DNA of 63,668 nt, the filler included, from Octopus bimaculoides (Eukaryota), in the NCBI RefSeq assembly GCF_001194135.2. It is 10 parts of 9 records of this genome, joined end to end, with 100 filler letters (N's around TTAATTAATTAA, not from the genome) between each part and the next. Parts side by side here need not be neighbours in the genome. Positions count along the whole stretch, not along the records: positions 52,774 to 54,917 come from NC_068995.1; positions 55,018 to 56,906 come from NC_069002.1; positions 57,007 to 58,616 come from NC_068997.1; positions 58,717 to 61,007 come from NC_068983.1; positions 61,108 to 62,432 come from NW_026385445.1; positions 62,533 to 63,668 come from NC_068986.1; 4 more parts are not named here. The stretch is one strand, 5' to 3'. A model generated the notes under the pieces. It did no database searches. It was not told the origin of the DNA and was given only the letters and a program-made list of their open reading frames with translations. The position numbers were made by a program, and so were the translations under genes. Position 1 is the first letter of the stretch. Each line of letters begins with the position of its first letter. Shown piece by piece: positions 53,171 to 63,668 of the stretch.

Positions 53171-54357
53171 TGTATGCATGTATGTATGTATGTGTACGTG
53201 AGAGTATATGCGCATGTGTGCTTATACGCACATATGTAAATGTGCCTAGGCAACGCCGTGTGTTTGCTTAAGTATACGTGAAGGTATATTCAGCTATTGT
53301 TTGTTTTTGCTTAACAATACAGTGCAAGAGAAAATCGCGAAGCATGCCGGGAATCGACAAGGAATTGACAACAATAACAACAACAACAACAACAACAACA
53401 ACACCCACAACAGCAAAAACACACACGACAACAAACACAACATACGCGTGCGCACACACGCACACGTACGAGACACGCACGTTGAATAAATAAAATTTGA
53501 AAACAATGGCGTAGAAAACTTGCAAAAACAGAACCCAACCGATCTGTCTGTCTTTTAGTCGATCCCGCCATTGGTTCCATAATCTCTTGTTAGTGCCATA
53601 CTTTATTAATTCTTTGGTTTGTTCTTCACTTCACTTTGCAGGAAATCGTACCCTCCATTTTGTTTTGTTTTTTTCTTTTCTAGTTCATCCTCCATCTCCT
53701 TTCCGATCTCAACTCTCTCTTTCTCTCTCTCTCTGTCTTCCTCTCTTTGTCTCTCTCTCTCTCTCTCTCTCCCTCTCTCCCTCTCTCTATCTCTCTCTCT
53801 ATCCCTCTCTCTCTCTCGTTTTATTTCTTGAATTAATCATTTGTTGTTTTTTTGAGGTTTACTTTATGTGAATATATATCCATGCATACATACATGCATA
53901 TATACATGTATACACACACACATACACATGTATATATATATATATATATACATATAAATAAATATATATATGCATACATGTATATATATATATACACACA
54001 CACACACTCATACACAAATGTACGCATGCACGCACACACACACATACACATATTCTGACTTTTTTCTGGGTTTTTTTTTTTGTAACGGTGTTTACATTGT
54101 TTTGGAATTTGTTTCTGGTCTTCAACTTTATTCATTATTGTTTTTTTTTAATCTTCTTATTGATATTTATATTTATTTAGTTGATATTATTATCATTTTT
54201 TTTTTAACGTCAAGAGATGCTGAAGATTCCATGCTTAACGAACAATCAACGGACTTCATCACGAATGGTTAATGTCAGAGGTCGGAATAAATCTACGTAA
54301 GCATGAGGTTGGCTTTTGTCTTCAATTCTGAAGGTAGCTTGGCTCCGTTGGTCACAG

Positions 54358-54398
<41 letters not shown>

Positions 54399-54551
54399 TT
54401 GGTGATGGTGTTATGATGGCGGTGTGGTGGTGGTGGTGGTGGTTGTAGTGATGGTAGTGGTGGTAGCACTATAGTAATTTTTGTTGCATGTGGTGTGTAT
54501 ATGTATTTGTGTGTGTGAGTGTGTGTGAACGTAGGAGTGTGTATGTGCGGA

Positions 54552-54584
<33 letters not shown>

Positions 54585-55216
54585 GTGTATGAGGATGAAA
54601 TTAAGTGAAAGAGTGGAAGAGAAAAGAAAGACGTATAGAGTGAGGAGAGACTGAGAGAAGGAATGGAGAAGAAAATGATTAGTGTTTATATCTGTGTGCA
54701 TATGTGCATGTATGCGCATGCGCATGCATATGTGCATGTCTATATGTCTGAATATATGGGTGTATTAGAATGACAGAGACAGCAGGAAAATTTGGAGCAA
54801 AGAACATGAAAATCGAAATAGATAGTTAAATAAATCGATATATATGTGTGTGTATATGTTTGTTAGTGTGTATCTATCATTCTCTGGTTATCTATCTATC
54901 TATACATATATATTTTTNNNNNNNNNNNNNNNNNNNNNNNNNNNNNNNNNNNNNNNNNNNNTTAATTAATTAANNNNNNNNNNNNNNNNNNNNNNNNNNN
55001 NNNNNNNNNNNNNNNNNTTTTTACTTCAATCCTAACCATAGACCACCTTTGGGTGCATCATTCCGTTAAATATTTATGGGAAGAAAAATACTAAAAGGCA
55101 CCAATACATGACAGAGTAACAAAGAAACAAGGAAGGTATCAGGTGGTCGTGAGATGTGCTAAAAATAACAGCTAAATCGCATACAATTTTATTTTTTGCC
55201 TAACCTTTTAAATTTC

Positions 55217-55499
55217 GGTACTATTCATGAACTGTGGTCCCGGTGCGCGCACTCGCACATCCGCACTAGTGAGTCGTGACTAGTCGATCCAACGACTACC
55301 CAGCGCGAGTGCGCATCATGCGCATAAATAGTTGTGACACCAAAATACATCCTGGAAGAACGTCAAAAGATTAAGATGGGGAAGATTCAACAACAAAAAA
55401 ATTATTTACTTTGTGTTTTATTTACTTTGTTTAGGATCAACTAGTCACGACTAACTTGCGCGAGTGCGCGCACCGGGACCATTCTTCTTGAATAGTACC
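55217..55499. mobile_element. MITE with ~65-75-bp imperfect TIRs and 5-bp TSD
   Basis: Left GGTACTATTCA...TGGTCCCGGTGCGCGCACTCGC...AGTCGTGACTAGTCGATCC; right arm is its reverse complement ending TGAATAGTACC. ATTTC occurs directly on both sides (55212-16, 55500-04). Confidence 0.85.
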
Positions 55500-56039
55500 A
55501 TTTCCGTATGTAGAACACAAATTCGCAAAAACTAGGAAGTTATGAGAATCGATACGTCAGAGATTTGGCTGTTGTTTCTAGTATGTGGAGAGACCACTTC
55601 CGAGCTTTACGTGTCTGTGCCACAAAGCACCTTAAGCATGCGTGATTGAGCAAATGCAATTATAAGCAATCGAAATAATGGTGTCAAAGTTCGCAGGGTG
55701 GGGCAAGTGGGTACAAAATTAAAATTTTGAAATGCTAATTTTTTGGCCGTTGACCTCTCCGCCCCGCGTGGAGGGTGTACTTGTAAAAAATTTACCAAAA
55801 TTTTGATGCAAGGTTTAAATTTTAGACAACTTCAAAACAGGAATTTGTATCAAATACTTGGGTATTGTACCACAGAGGTTCGTATGAAAACTCTTCTTCT
55901 GTAGACACAGCTACACCATGTATAAGGGTGACAGAATATCTGGCGGAGACAGCCGAATTTAAAATAATAAAATTTGGTGACAAAAGAAATCTAATTTCAA
56001 ACCGTATTTGGTTTAAAAAGCTTTACTTCACAGTTAATA

Positions 56040-56329
56040 CAGGGTGTCCACAAAGTCTGGGTACATGAGGACTAACATATACTTTAAGAAATTATTATTT
56101 CTTATATTTAATTATTTATGTTATGATTTTATTTACTCCATGTACCCACATGGAGACGAACACATACTTAAGAAATTATTATTTATATTTAATTATTTAT
56201 GTTATTGTATTTACTCCATGTATCCACATAGAGACTAACACATACTTTAAGAAATTATTTTTTCTTATATTTAACTGTTTATGTTATGATTTTGTTTACT
56301 CCATGTACCCAGACCTTGTGGACACCCTG
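56040..56329. mobile_element. Tc1/mariner-type MITE with three internal tandem units
   Basis: TIR CAGGGTGTCCACAAAGTCTGGGTACATG / CATGTACCCAGACCTTGTGGACACCCTG, with TA on both sides. Interior is three ~80-bp AT-rich copies. Confidence 0.9.
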
Positions 56330-56374
56330 TAAATTGATAGCAAACGAGAAAACCAGGTCTAAAAGAAAACTTAC

Positions 56375-56500
56375 TTCCCAATATTTAACGCCGATCTCGT
56401 CTAGCTCGGAGAGGCTAACATCTTGGTTGGGTTGTAGTTTATTAGGGAGTTGCTTCTCTTCCCCGTCACTGATATCTTCCATGTACCAAGCTTGTACCAT
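56375..56500 (-). CDS. ADI1: Acireductone dioxygenase (ARD/MtnD, methionine salvage), first coding exon
   Basis: 42 codons MVQAWYMEDISDGEEKQLPNKLQPNQDVSLSELDEIGVKYWE resemble the ADI1 N-terminus (human, from memory: MVLAWYMDD...[26 protein letters not shown]). It is followed by a canonical phase-0 donor GAA|GTAAGT (ACTTAC at 56369-56374 on +). Downstream exons not found. Confidence 0.9.
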
Positions 56501-56640
56501 TATGGTTATTTCTGAGTAAAGCACCCGCTACGCGCTTCAATTGACTCTGCCTCTCGCGCGCACTGTAAATGGCGTCGTCGCGCTGTGGTGAAAGGACGAT
56601 TGAGGCTGTTCATCAGGTGCGGACGGTACATTTGTGTCTG
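56501..56640. promoter_or_regulatory. CpG-rich promoter/5' region of ADI1, possibly bidirectional
   Basis: Local GC/CpG enrichment (cgctacgcgc, ctcgcgcgca, ggcgtcgtcgcgc) in an AT-rich background directly upstream of the ADI1 ATG. YY1-like AAATGGCG at ~56567-56574 on +. Confidence 0.5.
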
Positions 56641-57135
56641 ACTGGTTGATCACACAATTGCTATCTATAACCGTGACAAGCATTGTACATGTAAAGCAAT
56701 GTCGTACTTATCGGATCTTATCTGGGTGAAAATTACTCGAGTTTGGATTGCTAGTCGTGAGTGGTCGATCCTATTATTTTTAAACTTCAAACTTCATTTG
56801 GGATCTATTTTAAAACAGGGGGCCACATTTTTCAGTAATGTTTTACGTAGTGTTTTTGGTACGGAAAGACTTTCAAAGGTAGAGATAGATTATATGTAAT
56901 CTGAACNNNNNNNNNNNNNNNNNNNNNNNNNNNNNNNNNNNNNNNNNNNNTTAATTAATTAANNNNNNNNNNNNNNNNNNNNNNNNNNNNNNNNNNNNNN
57001 NNNNNNTATATATGTATATATATATATGTAGGTAGGTAGGTAGGTAGATAGGTAGGTAGGTAGATGGATAGATAGATATATAGATTGATATAGGTGTAGA
57101 TATATAGATATATATGCATATGTATATTTTATATA

Positions 57136-57194
<59 letters not shown>

Positions 57195-57489
57195 GTTGAA
57201 TAAAATTTGGGTAAAAACTTTGTAGTATGCTACACAAAGTTCGTCCACCGTTATTGGCAACCATATGACAATATATGGTGAGTGGGATTACTCCTCTCAC
57301 TGGATATGCATCAGAAGTCTCATCTGTAGAGTTAATCTAAAGAGATGAGTAAGAGTAAACGGATTGCACGCCATTCTTTATCTCAAATAACTACAATTGT
57401 TTCCGCACACGTTGTGGAGACGATATAACTAACGTATTGCGTAATTAGTGTCAACTATCAAAGGTGTAAAATGCACTTCTTCAGGTGAT

Positions 57490-58000
57490 TATTTTGAATA
57501 ACCACAACCACCACAGATACCACCAACACCACTACCTCTACCACAATCATTACTACTACTAGTATCACAACCACAACCACCGCCATGCTCATCACCGCCA
57601 CTACCACCACCACCATCACTATCAACAAGAACAATATAACCACCACTATCAACTGCCGCTACTACAACCGCCACCAGCACCAGCACCACCACCACCACCA
57701 CCACCGCCATCACCAACACACCCAATACCACCATCGTCACCACTATGTCAACACGACGCCGCTACCACATCATCGTACGCCAGCCAAAGCTACGGCACCA
57801 CCTTAGCAACATGTCACTAATACACCACCACTGCTAGAAAAGCCATATGTACACACCTATACTTCACCACCACACAACAATGCCACCACCATACCACACC
57901 ACCATAGAACTACCACACAATCACCAAACGACCATCAAACTACAATGCAAAATCATAGCACTACACAATAGCATCACATCGCACCATCATACCATCGCGC
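57490..58000. repeat. Degenerate (CCA/CAC)n low-complexity tract
   Basis: Direct reading. Confidence 0.8.
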
Positions 58001-58219
58001 AATTAACGTTTTCATTCAAGTCGAATTAACGGAGGTCGTTGTCATAACAGCGAGGGTCGTATCTTTTTATTTGTTAGTCGGTCTTCTCTCACTCCCTCTC
58101 TCTCTCTGTCTTCCTCTCTCTCTTTCACTCTCTCGCTCCCTCTATCTCTCTCCCTCTATCTCTTTCACTCTCACTCACTTTCTTTCTTTCCTTCTTTCTT
58201 TCTTTCTTTCTTTCTTTTT

Positions 58220-58259
<40 letters not shown>

Positions 58260-58585
58260 TGGAGGGATCCCAGTTTTGGTAAAACGTACTCCCGCCATCC
58301 TTGACCCCTCTCTTGCTGTTGGATTTTGTAAAGAAGTAAAAGATTATATATATATACACACATACATATGCGTGTGTGTGTGTGAGATGTTGCTTGTGAA
58401 CGCTATTGGTAATCCCACTGAGCTTGCTTTGTAAGGATGGTGACTGGACATATTTAACCATTATCAAAGGTGTATCATGATCACTCCATTACTATCCCGA
58501 GTATTGTTTTTCTCTGATTATATTGTCCGATCTGTTGGTTTCCATTAGCGTTAATGTAGCGTTGTATTAATTTGAGGAAGAACAA

Positions 58586-58616
<31 letters not shown>

Positions 58617-58716
58617 NNNNNNNNNNNNNNNNNNNNNNNNNNNNNNNNNNNNNNNNNNNNTTAATTAATTAANNNNNNNNNNNNNNNNNNNNNNNNNNNN
58701 NNNNNNNNNNNNNNNN

Positions 58717-58759
<43 letters not shown>

Positions 58760-58769
58760 CACACTCAGA

Positions 58770-59000
58770 CACACACACAGTTATCTTTTACTTGTTTCTG
58801 TCATTAGACTGCGGCCATGCTGGAGCACCTTATTGAAGAATTTTTGTCCAATGAATCGGCCCCCAGTGCCTATTATTATTTTGTTAAGCCCGATACTTAT
58901 TCCGTCCCTTTCTTCAACCGAATTGCGAGGTAACGGGGGTGTAGGCACACGAACACCATTTGTGAAGCGGTGTTGAGGACAAACACAAACACACACACAT
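58770..59000 (-). mobile_element. SINE family A, 3' half, diverged
   Basis: TTTTACTTGTTTCTGTCATTAGACTGCGGCCATGCTGGAGCACC. Confidence 0.65.
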
Positions 59001-59489
59001 TTTGTACGTGGATCTTGTTAAATTTCTTCCAAAACACATGAAATAGTTTCAAAATTTCCCCATAGCATTTTCAAAAACCCGACCTGATGTAGTTTTGCAT
59101 TCTGCTGACTAAAATCACGTTAATTTCTTATCGAAATTAATAATTAAAAAAAGAGGTACAATTCATTTAAAGTTGTGTAATTTCAGCTAATCGAAAACCA
59201 CCATGACCGACATATCCACAGTGGCAACAGTTATTTTGAAATGCAGGTCAGCAAAGACAAAGATAAGACTGCTGGAAATAGCTGTGAAATATTCCTTAAA
59301 CTACACAAGAACATCTAAAAAGACAAAAAAGGACGATACATTATATCATATATATGGGAATATCGTTTAAATTTTCTTTCGCAATTAAAGCACCAATACA
59401 TTGTAATATGGCCGTTAATTCCCGGTGACACTAAATACACGCTCTCGTCTGAGCAAACGCGTTTTGTTTTTTTTAGGACAAAGCTACCA

Positions 59490-60190
59490 TAGACACCACC
59501 AAAACTATGTAGACGGAAGTCATTTTCATCGACCTTTCAAGAACAGCTTCACCGCAACCGACTTCTGAGTAAGACTAATCATTCGACATGTGATTTCTCC
59601 CCATCTTTTATCCACACTTTTGGTCCATTGATAGAAACCGCTATATCAAATAAACTTTCTTCTCCAAAGACCTAGTTGCCAAAGCACAAACTTAATATGT
59701 CCTCCAATTTCCGATGTGTCCAAAGTCACCAAGCTGGTGACTTCGTCCGCAAATGCAATCTCGGTTCTCCTGTATCGCTCTTCAAACGGGATCTGCCTTA
59801 CCATTTTTTAACCTTCGCAGCAATATCCTACACTGCCAAACCATGTAGAACAGACGATAGGCAAAACATCTTCGACAGAGCGAAACAACAACGAAAGTGA
59901 CTATTTAGTTCGACAATAGAGTAAATGCCGAGGTACATTTGTAACAATTTCAAAAGGTGGACGAAATCTGTTATATTTAGGACATTCGCTAATTGGTTAT
60001 GCTTGTATAAGTCAGACGTGTTTGGTATGTCTAAACTGATCAGAGCTCTACCAGATCCAGAACCAGCAGACCTCTTGGCAAACCGTTCAACGATCTATAC
60101 AGAAATGAGGCTGGCCTGAAGTATGGACAATATCATTGAAACGGTCACGAATGGTGACGAAAAAACTTTGACAAACACAACTGATGAACC
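59490..60190 (-). mobile_element. Old Tx1/L1-clade RT fragment
   Basis: IVERFAK...GRALISLD, MYLGIYSIVELNSH and EIAFADEVTSLVT are degenerate versions of the GALI.LDQ, MY..I.SVV.VNGH and YADD motifs. Confidence 0.6.
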
Positions 60191-60223
60191 GATTGATTAA
60201 TATATATATATATTATATACTGA

Positions 60224-60287
<64 letters not shown>

Positions 60288-60975
60288 ATATATATTATAT
60301 ATTTAATCAAACTACCGATTAAATGATTGGTTAAATACTTAACCGATTGACTTGTAAAAACAAAGACGTGAAATAAAATCTGCGCGTGTGTTTATCATTG
60401 GTGTCATGACCACCCTTCCCGCACGAGACAAACAAAATACAGAAAAACAAAGTATAGATACACCCAATAAATGTTGTAAGACAAATGAAAATCTGTTTTG
60501 TGCGAGAGGCCAGTGGTAACTGATTGCAAATATACAAGCAACTGAAGAGATTAGAAGTGGTGAGTTAATCGATATATATTGGAGACTGTCTTAGAGATGT
60601 TGTGTATGAAGATATAGACTTACCTTGGTCTTATATTATGCGAGGTTTCTATCTTAAGATTCTACCACTATTCAACCTTCATTCTATAGCTTCGTCCGGT
60701 TCAAGAGAACAAACAATACGCCAGAGTTCCGTAAACATGGAGGTTGAACGAAGGCTCACACACACACACACGAATGCGTTATGTGTTTATGCATGTTCAC
60801 TTACTCGTTTAGCCATGCGGCTGCGGTCATGCCGGTGCACCACACATATTATATATATATATCTTTTACGTGCTTCAGTCGTTAGACTGCCGCCATCCTG
60901 GGGCACTGCCTCAAATGATTTCACTCGAATGACCAAGATATACAATATATATATATACACACACACACGTACACA

Positions 60976-61007
<32 letters not shown>

Positions 61008-61107
61008 NNNNNNNNNNNNNNNNNNNNNNNNNNNNNNNNNNNNNNNNNNNNTTAATTAATTAANNNNNNNNNNNNNNNNNNNNNNNNNNNNNNNNNNNNN
61101 NNNNNNN

Positions 61108-61320
61108 CAGTCATTTGACTGTGGTCATGCTGGAGCACCGCCTTTACTCGAGCAAATTGACCCCAGGATTTATTCCTTGTAACCCTAGCAGTTATTCTAT
61201 CGGTCTCTTTTGCAAAACTGCTAGATTACAGGGACGTAAACACACCAGCATCGGTTGTCAAGCGATGTTGGTGGGGACAAACAGAGACACACAAAGATAT
61301 ACACACACATACATATATAT
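61108..61320 (-). mobile_element. SINE family A, 3' half
   Basis: CAGTCATTTGACTGTGGTCATGCTGGAGCACCGCC...GGGACAAACAGAGAC. Confidence 0.75.
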
Positions 61321-61589
61321 ATCTAAGAAAGTTAGGGGTTGTGAATCCAACCCACTAAAGGATAATATCTATCCAATATACTGCCGGAAGAATACCCAAT
61401 TATTATTACACTAGTGTTTTTTTCATTTTATTACCAAGTCCAATAAATAGGTGCGGGTAAAAAGATATTTTACCATTAATTCATATAGCAACATAGAAGT
61501 TTGGATATTATTGTTAGAATCTTCATGAACTAATTGTATAAATTTCTCCATTACAAACATAACTGATACATACGTACCCCATTGGTTTC

Positions 61590-61650
<61 letters not shown>

Positions 61651-62351
61651 TTTGGACATTTTTGTTGGAATTATAATGATACGAACTAATGCAGCAGTCC
61701 TCCATTCCAAATGTAACTAATGCATATGTACCAAGGAACATGACTGTATGAGAATGTTTATATATACATATGTGTATGTATGTATGTGTGGATGGGTATA
61801 TATATGTGTCCTCCTCATGTATAATAACAATAATAATTAACTCATTTGTGTGCATGTATGGACATTTGTGTATGTACATTTAAATGTACATTTATGTATT
61901 TATGTTTATTTATGTATATCTATGTATATGTTAAAGTAAGCATATGCATATATATATGAGTTTTTAAGGGTTTTATATTTTTATATTTGGATATTTTAAA
62001 TTAACATTATGAGCTTTATAAAATCTCCGAAGAGGCCTAGAGAATCATCCATGTACCTCTATTTCATCTAGTTCATCTATTAATTACTTCAACCTACTGG
62101 AGTTGTATAGATAGAAAGAGGCATGTCACCCTAGACTGAAACAGCTGTAAGTCATTATCCCATTTTCTGCCACTATATGTCCTTTTTTAATTACTGATAT
62201 GACATAATATGTCGCATGTGTTTGTATATTGTTACTATTGTCCTTTTAGTTAACAAATAAACAGGTAAATTAACACAATACAATGCCTGAAAGTTGAAGA
62301 ATACCACAAATTCAACTCCATTTTCTTATTGCTATATATATATATATGCAA

Positions 62352-62432
62352 ATATACGACGGGCTTCTTTCAGTTTTTGTCTATTCCGTCTACCAAATCC
62401 ACTCACAAGGCTTTGGTCGGCCTGAGGCTATA
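62352..62432 (-). mobile_element. SINE family A fragment
   Basis: CGACGGGCTTCTTTCAG...CTACCAAATCCACTCACAAGGCTTTGGTCGG. Confidence 0.7.
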
Positions 62433-63053
62433 NNNNNNNNNNNNNNNNNNNNNNNNNNNNNNNNNNNNNNNNNNNNTTAATTAATTAANNNNNNNNNNNN
62501 NNNNNNNNNNNNNNNNNNNNNNNNNNNNNNNNAAAACCGTTTAGGTAAAAACTAATACAAGGTATTTAATTCCATAACCATAATTATAATAAGTGCAACT
62601 ACTGAGTAGTGATACATGATAGAAGTAGACGCCAAATGGCTCTAAAACTACCTTATTTATTACATAGACACAGGCTGAAAGCGAGGGAATGAACAAAAAA
62701 GGATTTTTTTTAAAGGTTTAGCCATAGACCGATTTCTGGTTTAAGGATATAATACCTTTTACTATCTTCAGTATAACATAACTCAAAGTACATAATTATA
62801 AACATTTATACATACCATACGAACACAATATATCCGCAATGCATATACAAATGTTCACATTTATATACTAGTGAAATCTATTTCATTAATTTCAGCCACG
62901 TGTGAAAAACTAAAATAAATTGGTTGAAGTGAATTCATATTTATCATTATAATCCAGGATAAAATCTATATAAGTTTTCATCAAGTAGCTAGCACGTAAA
63001 AAACCATTTAGGTAAAAATTAATACATAGTATTTAATTTCATAAATATAATTA

Positions 63054-63137
63054 TAATAAGTGCAACTACTGAGTAGTTTAAGAGCCATTTGGCGTCTTCT
63101 TCTAGCAAGTGGCGCTACTCAGTAGCTGCCCTTATTA
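63054..63137. mobile_element. 84-bp micro-MITE with 23-bp TIRs and TA flanks
   Basis: TAATAAGTGCAACTACTGAGTAG ... CTACTCAGTAGCTGCCCTTATTA. A related copy lies at ~62587-62660. Confidence 0.7.
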
Positions 63138-63668
63138 TATANNNNNNNNNNATATATACATATTGGAATATAAATCCATGTATACATATGTGTATATATG
63201 CATGTATATATATGTATATATGCATGGACCAAGAAAGAGAGAGTTGGATAATATTGTGCATTATTGAGCCATGGACAGAATCTCGCATCTTAGCTGTTGT
63301 TTTGCCTCACCATGCCATTAACCCACTGGTTTACTCCCACTACTAGGTTCAGTAAAAAGTGAGATATTTAAATCTAACACACCATCAGATCATTATTGAG
63401 AATAGATTTAAATAAATATCCCATTTTTAATCTTGTTCTTGTTGCTACAGAGACGACCTTCTGAATAAAGGTATTTATAATTAGTTCAATAGCATTTCAA
63501 GATGATAGAGGTTTCAATCTCCACTTATTAAAGTTTTTTTTTAAAAACTATTGTTAAACAAAAAAAAAGAATTTAAATGAAAAATGTTACACTCTGGTTG
63601 AGTTCAATCAACTACCAGATTATGCAGGATGTCCTATCACTGCTTATTTATCTGTGTCTTTGCTTACA

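Noticed and set aside
53311-53580. Minus ORF MEPMAGSTKRQ... near CpG-containing sequence
   Set aside because: Runs into microsatellite-derived residues and has no recognisable domain or clear splice site.
60380-60700. Possible further Naiad-like GIY-YIG remnant (NIQAT...IYIG)
   Set aside because: Too degenerate to support by eye.

Overview
AT-rich, microsatellite-dense, gapped eukaryotic scaffold. The SINE families and repeat landscape suggest a cephalopod (Octopus-like); this is inference from recalled repeat consensus sequences, not a search. The only host gene I can support is the first coding exon of acireductone dioxygenase (ADI1, minus strand, 56375-56500). Its other exons were not found in the readable sequence. 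Everything else is mobile DNA: two full-length mariner relics, six Tx1/L1-clade LINE pieces (one near full length), two clades of Penelope-like elements (Neptune-like and Naiad-like), three tRNA-derived SINE families, several MITEs and a Helitron-like end. The most interesting signals are (i) a cluster of minimal type I hammerhead ribozymes, one carried by a tRNA-headed SINE-like unit, (ii) fold-back hairpins that invert at hammerhead-like motifs, (iii) Tx1 copies repeatedly bounded by (ATT)n on the same strand, (iv) a GG...CC MITE with a 5-bp target duplication, and (v) a possible head-to-head partner gene next to ADI1. All alignments and translations were done by eye, and element boundaries are approximate unless TIRs or TSDs are cited.
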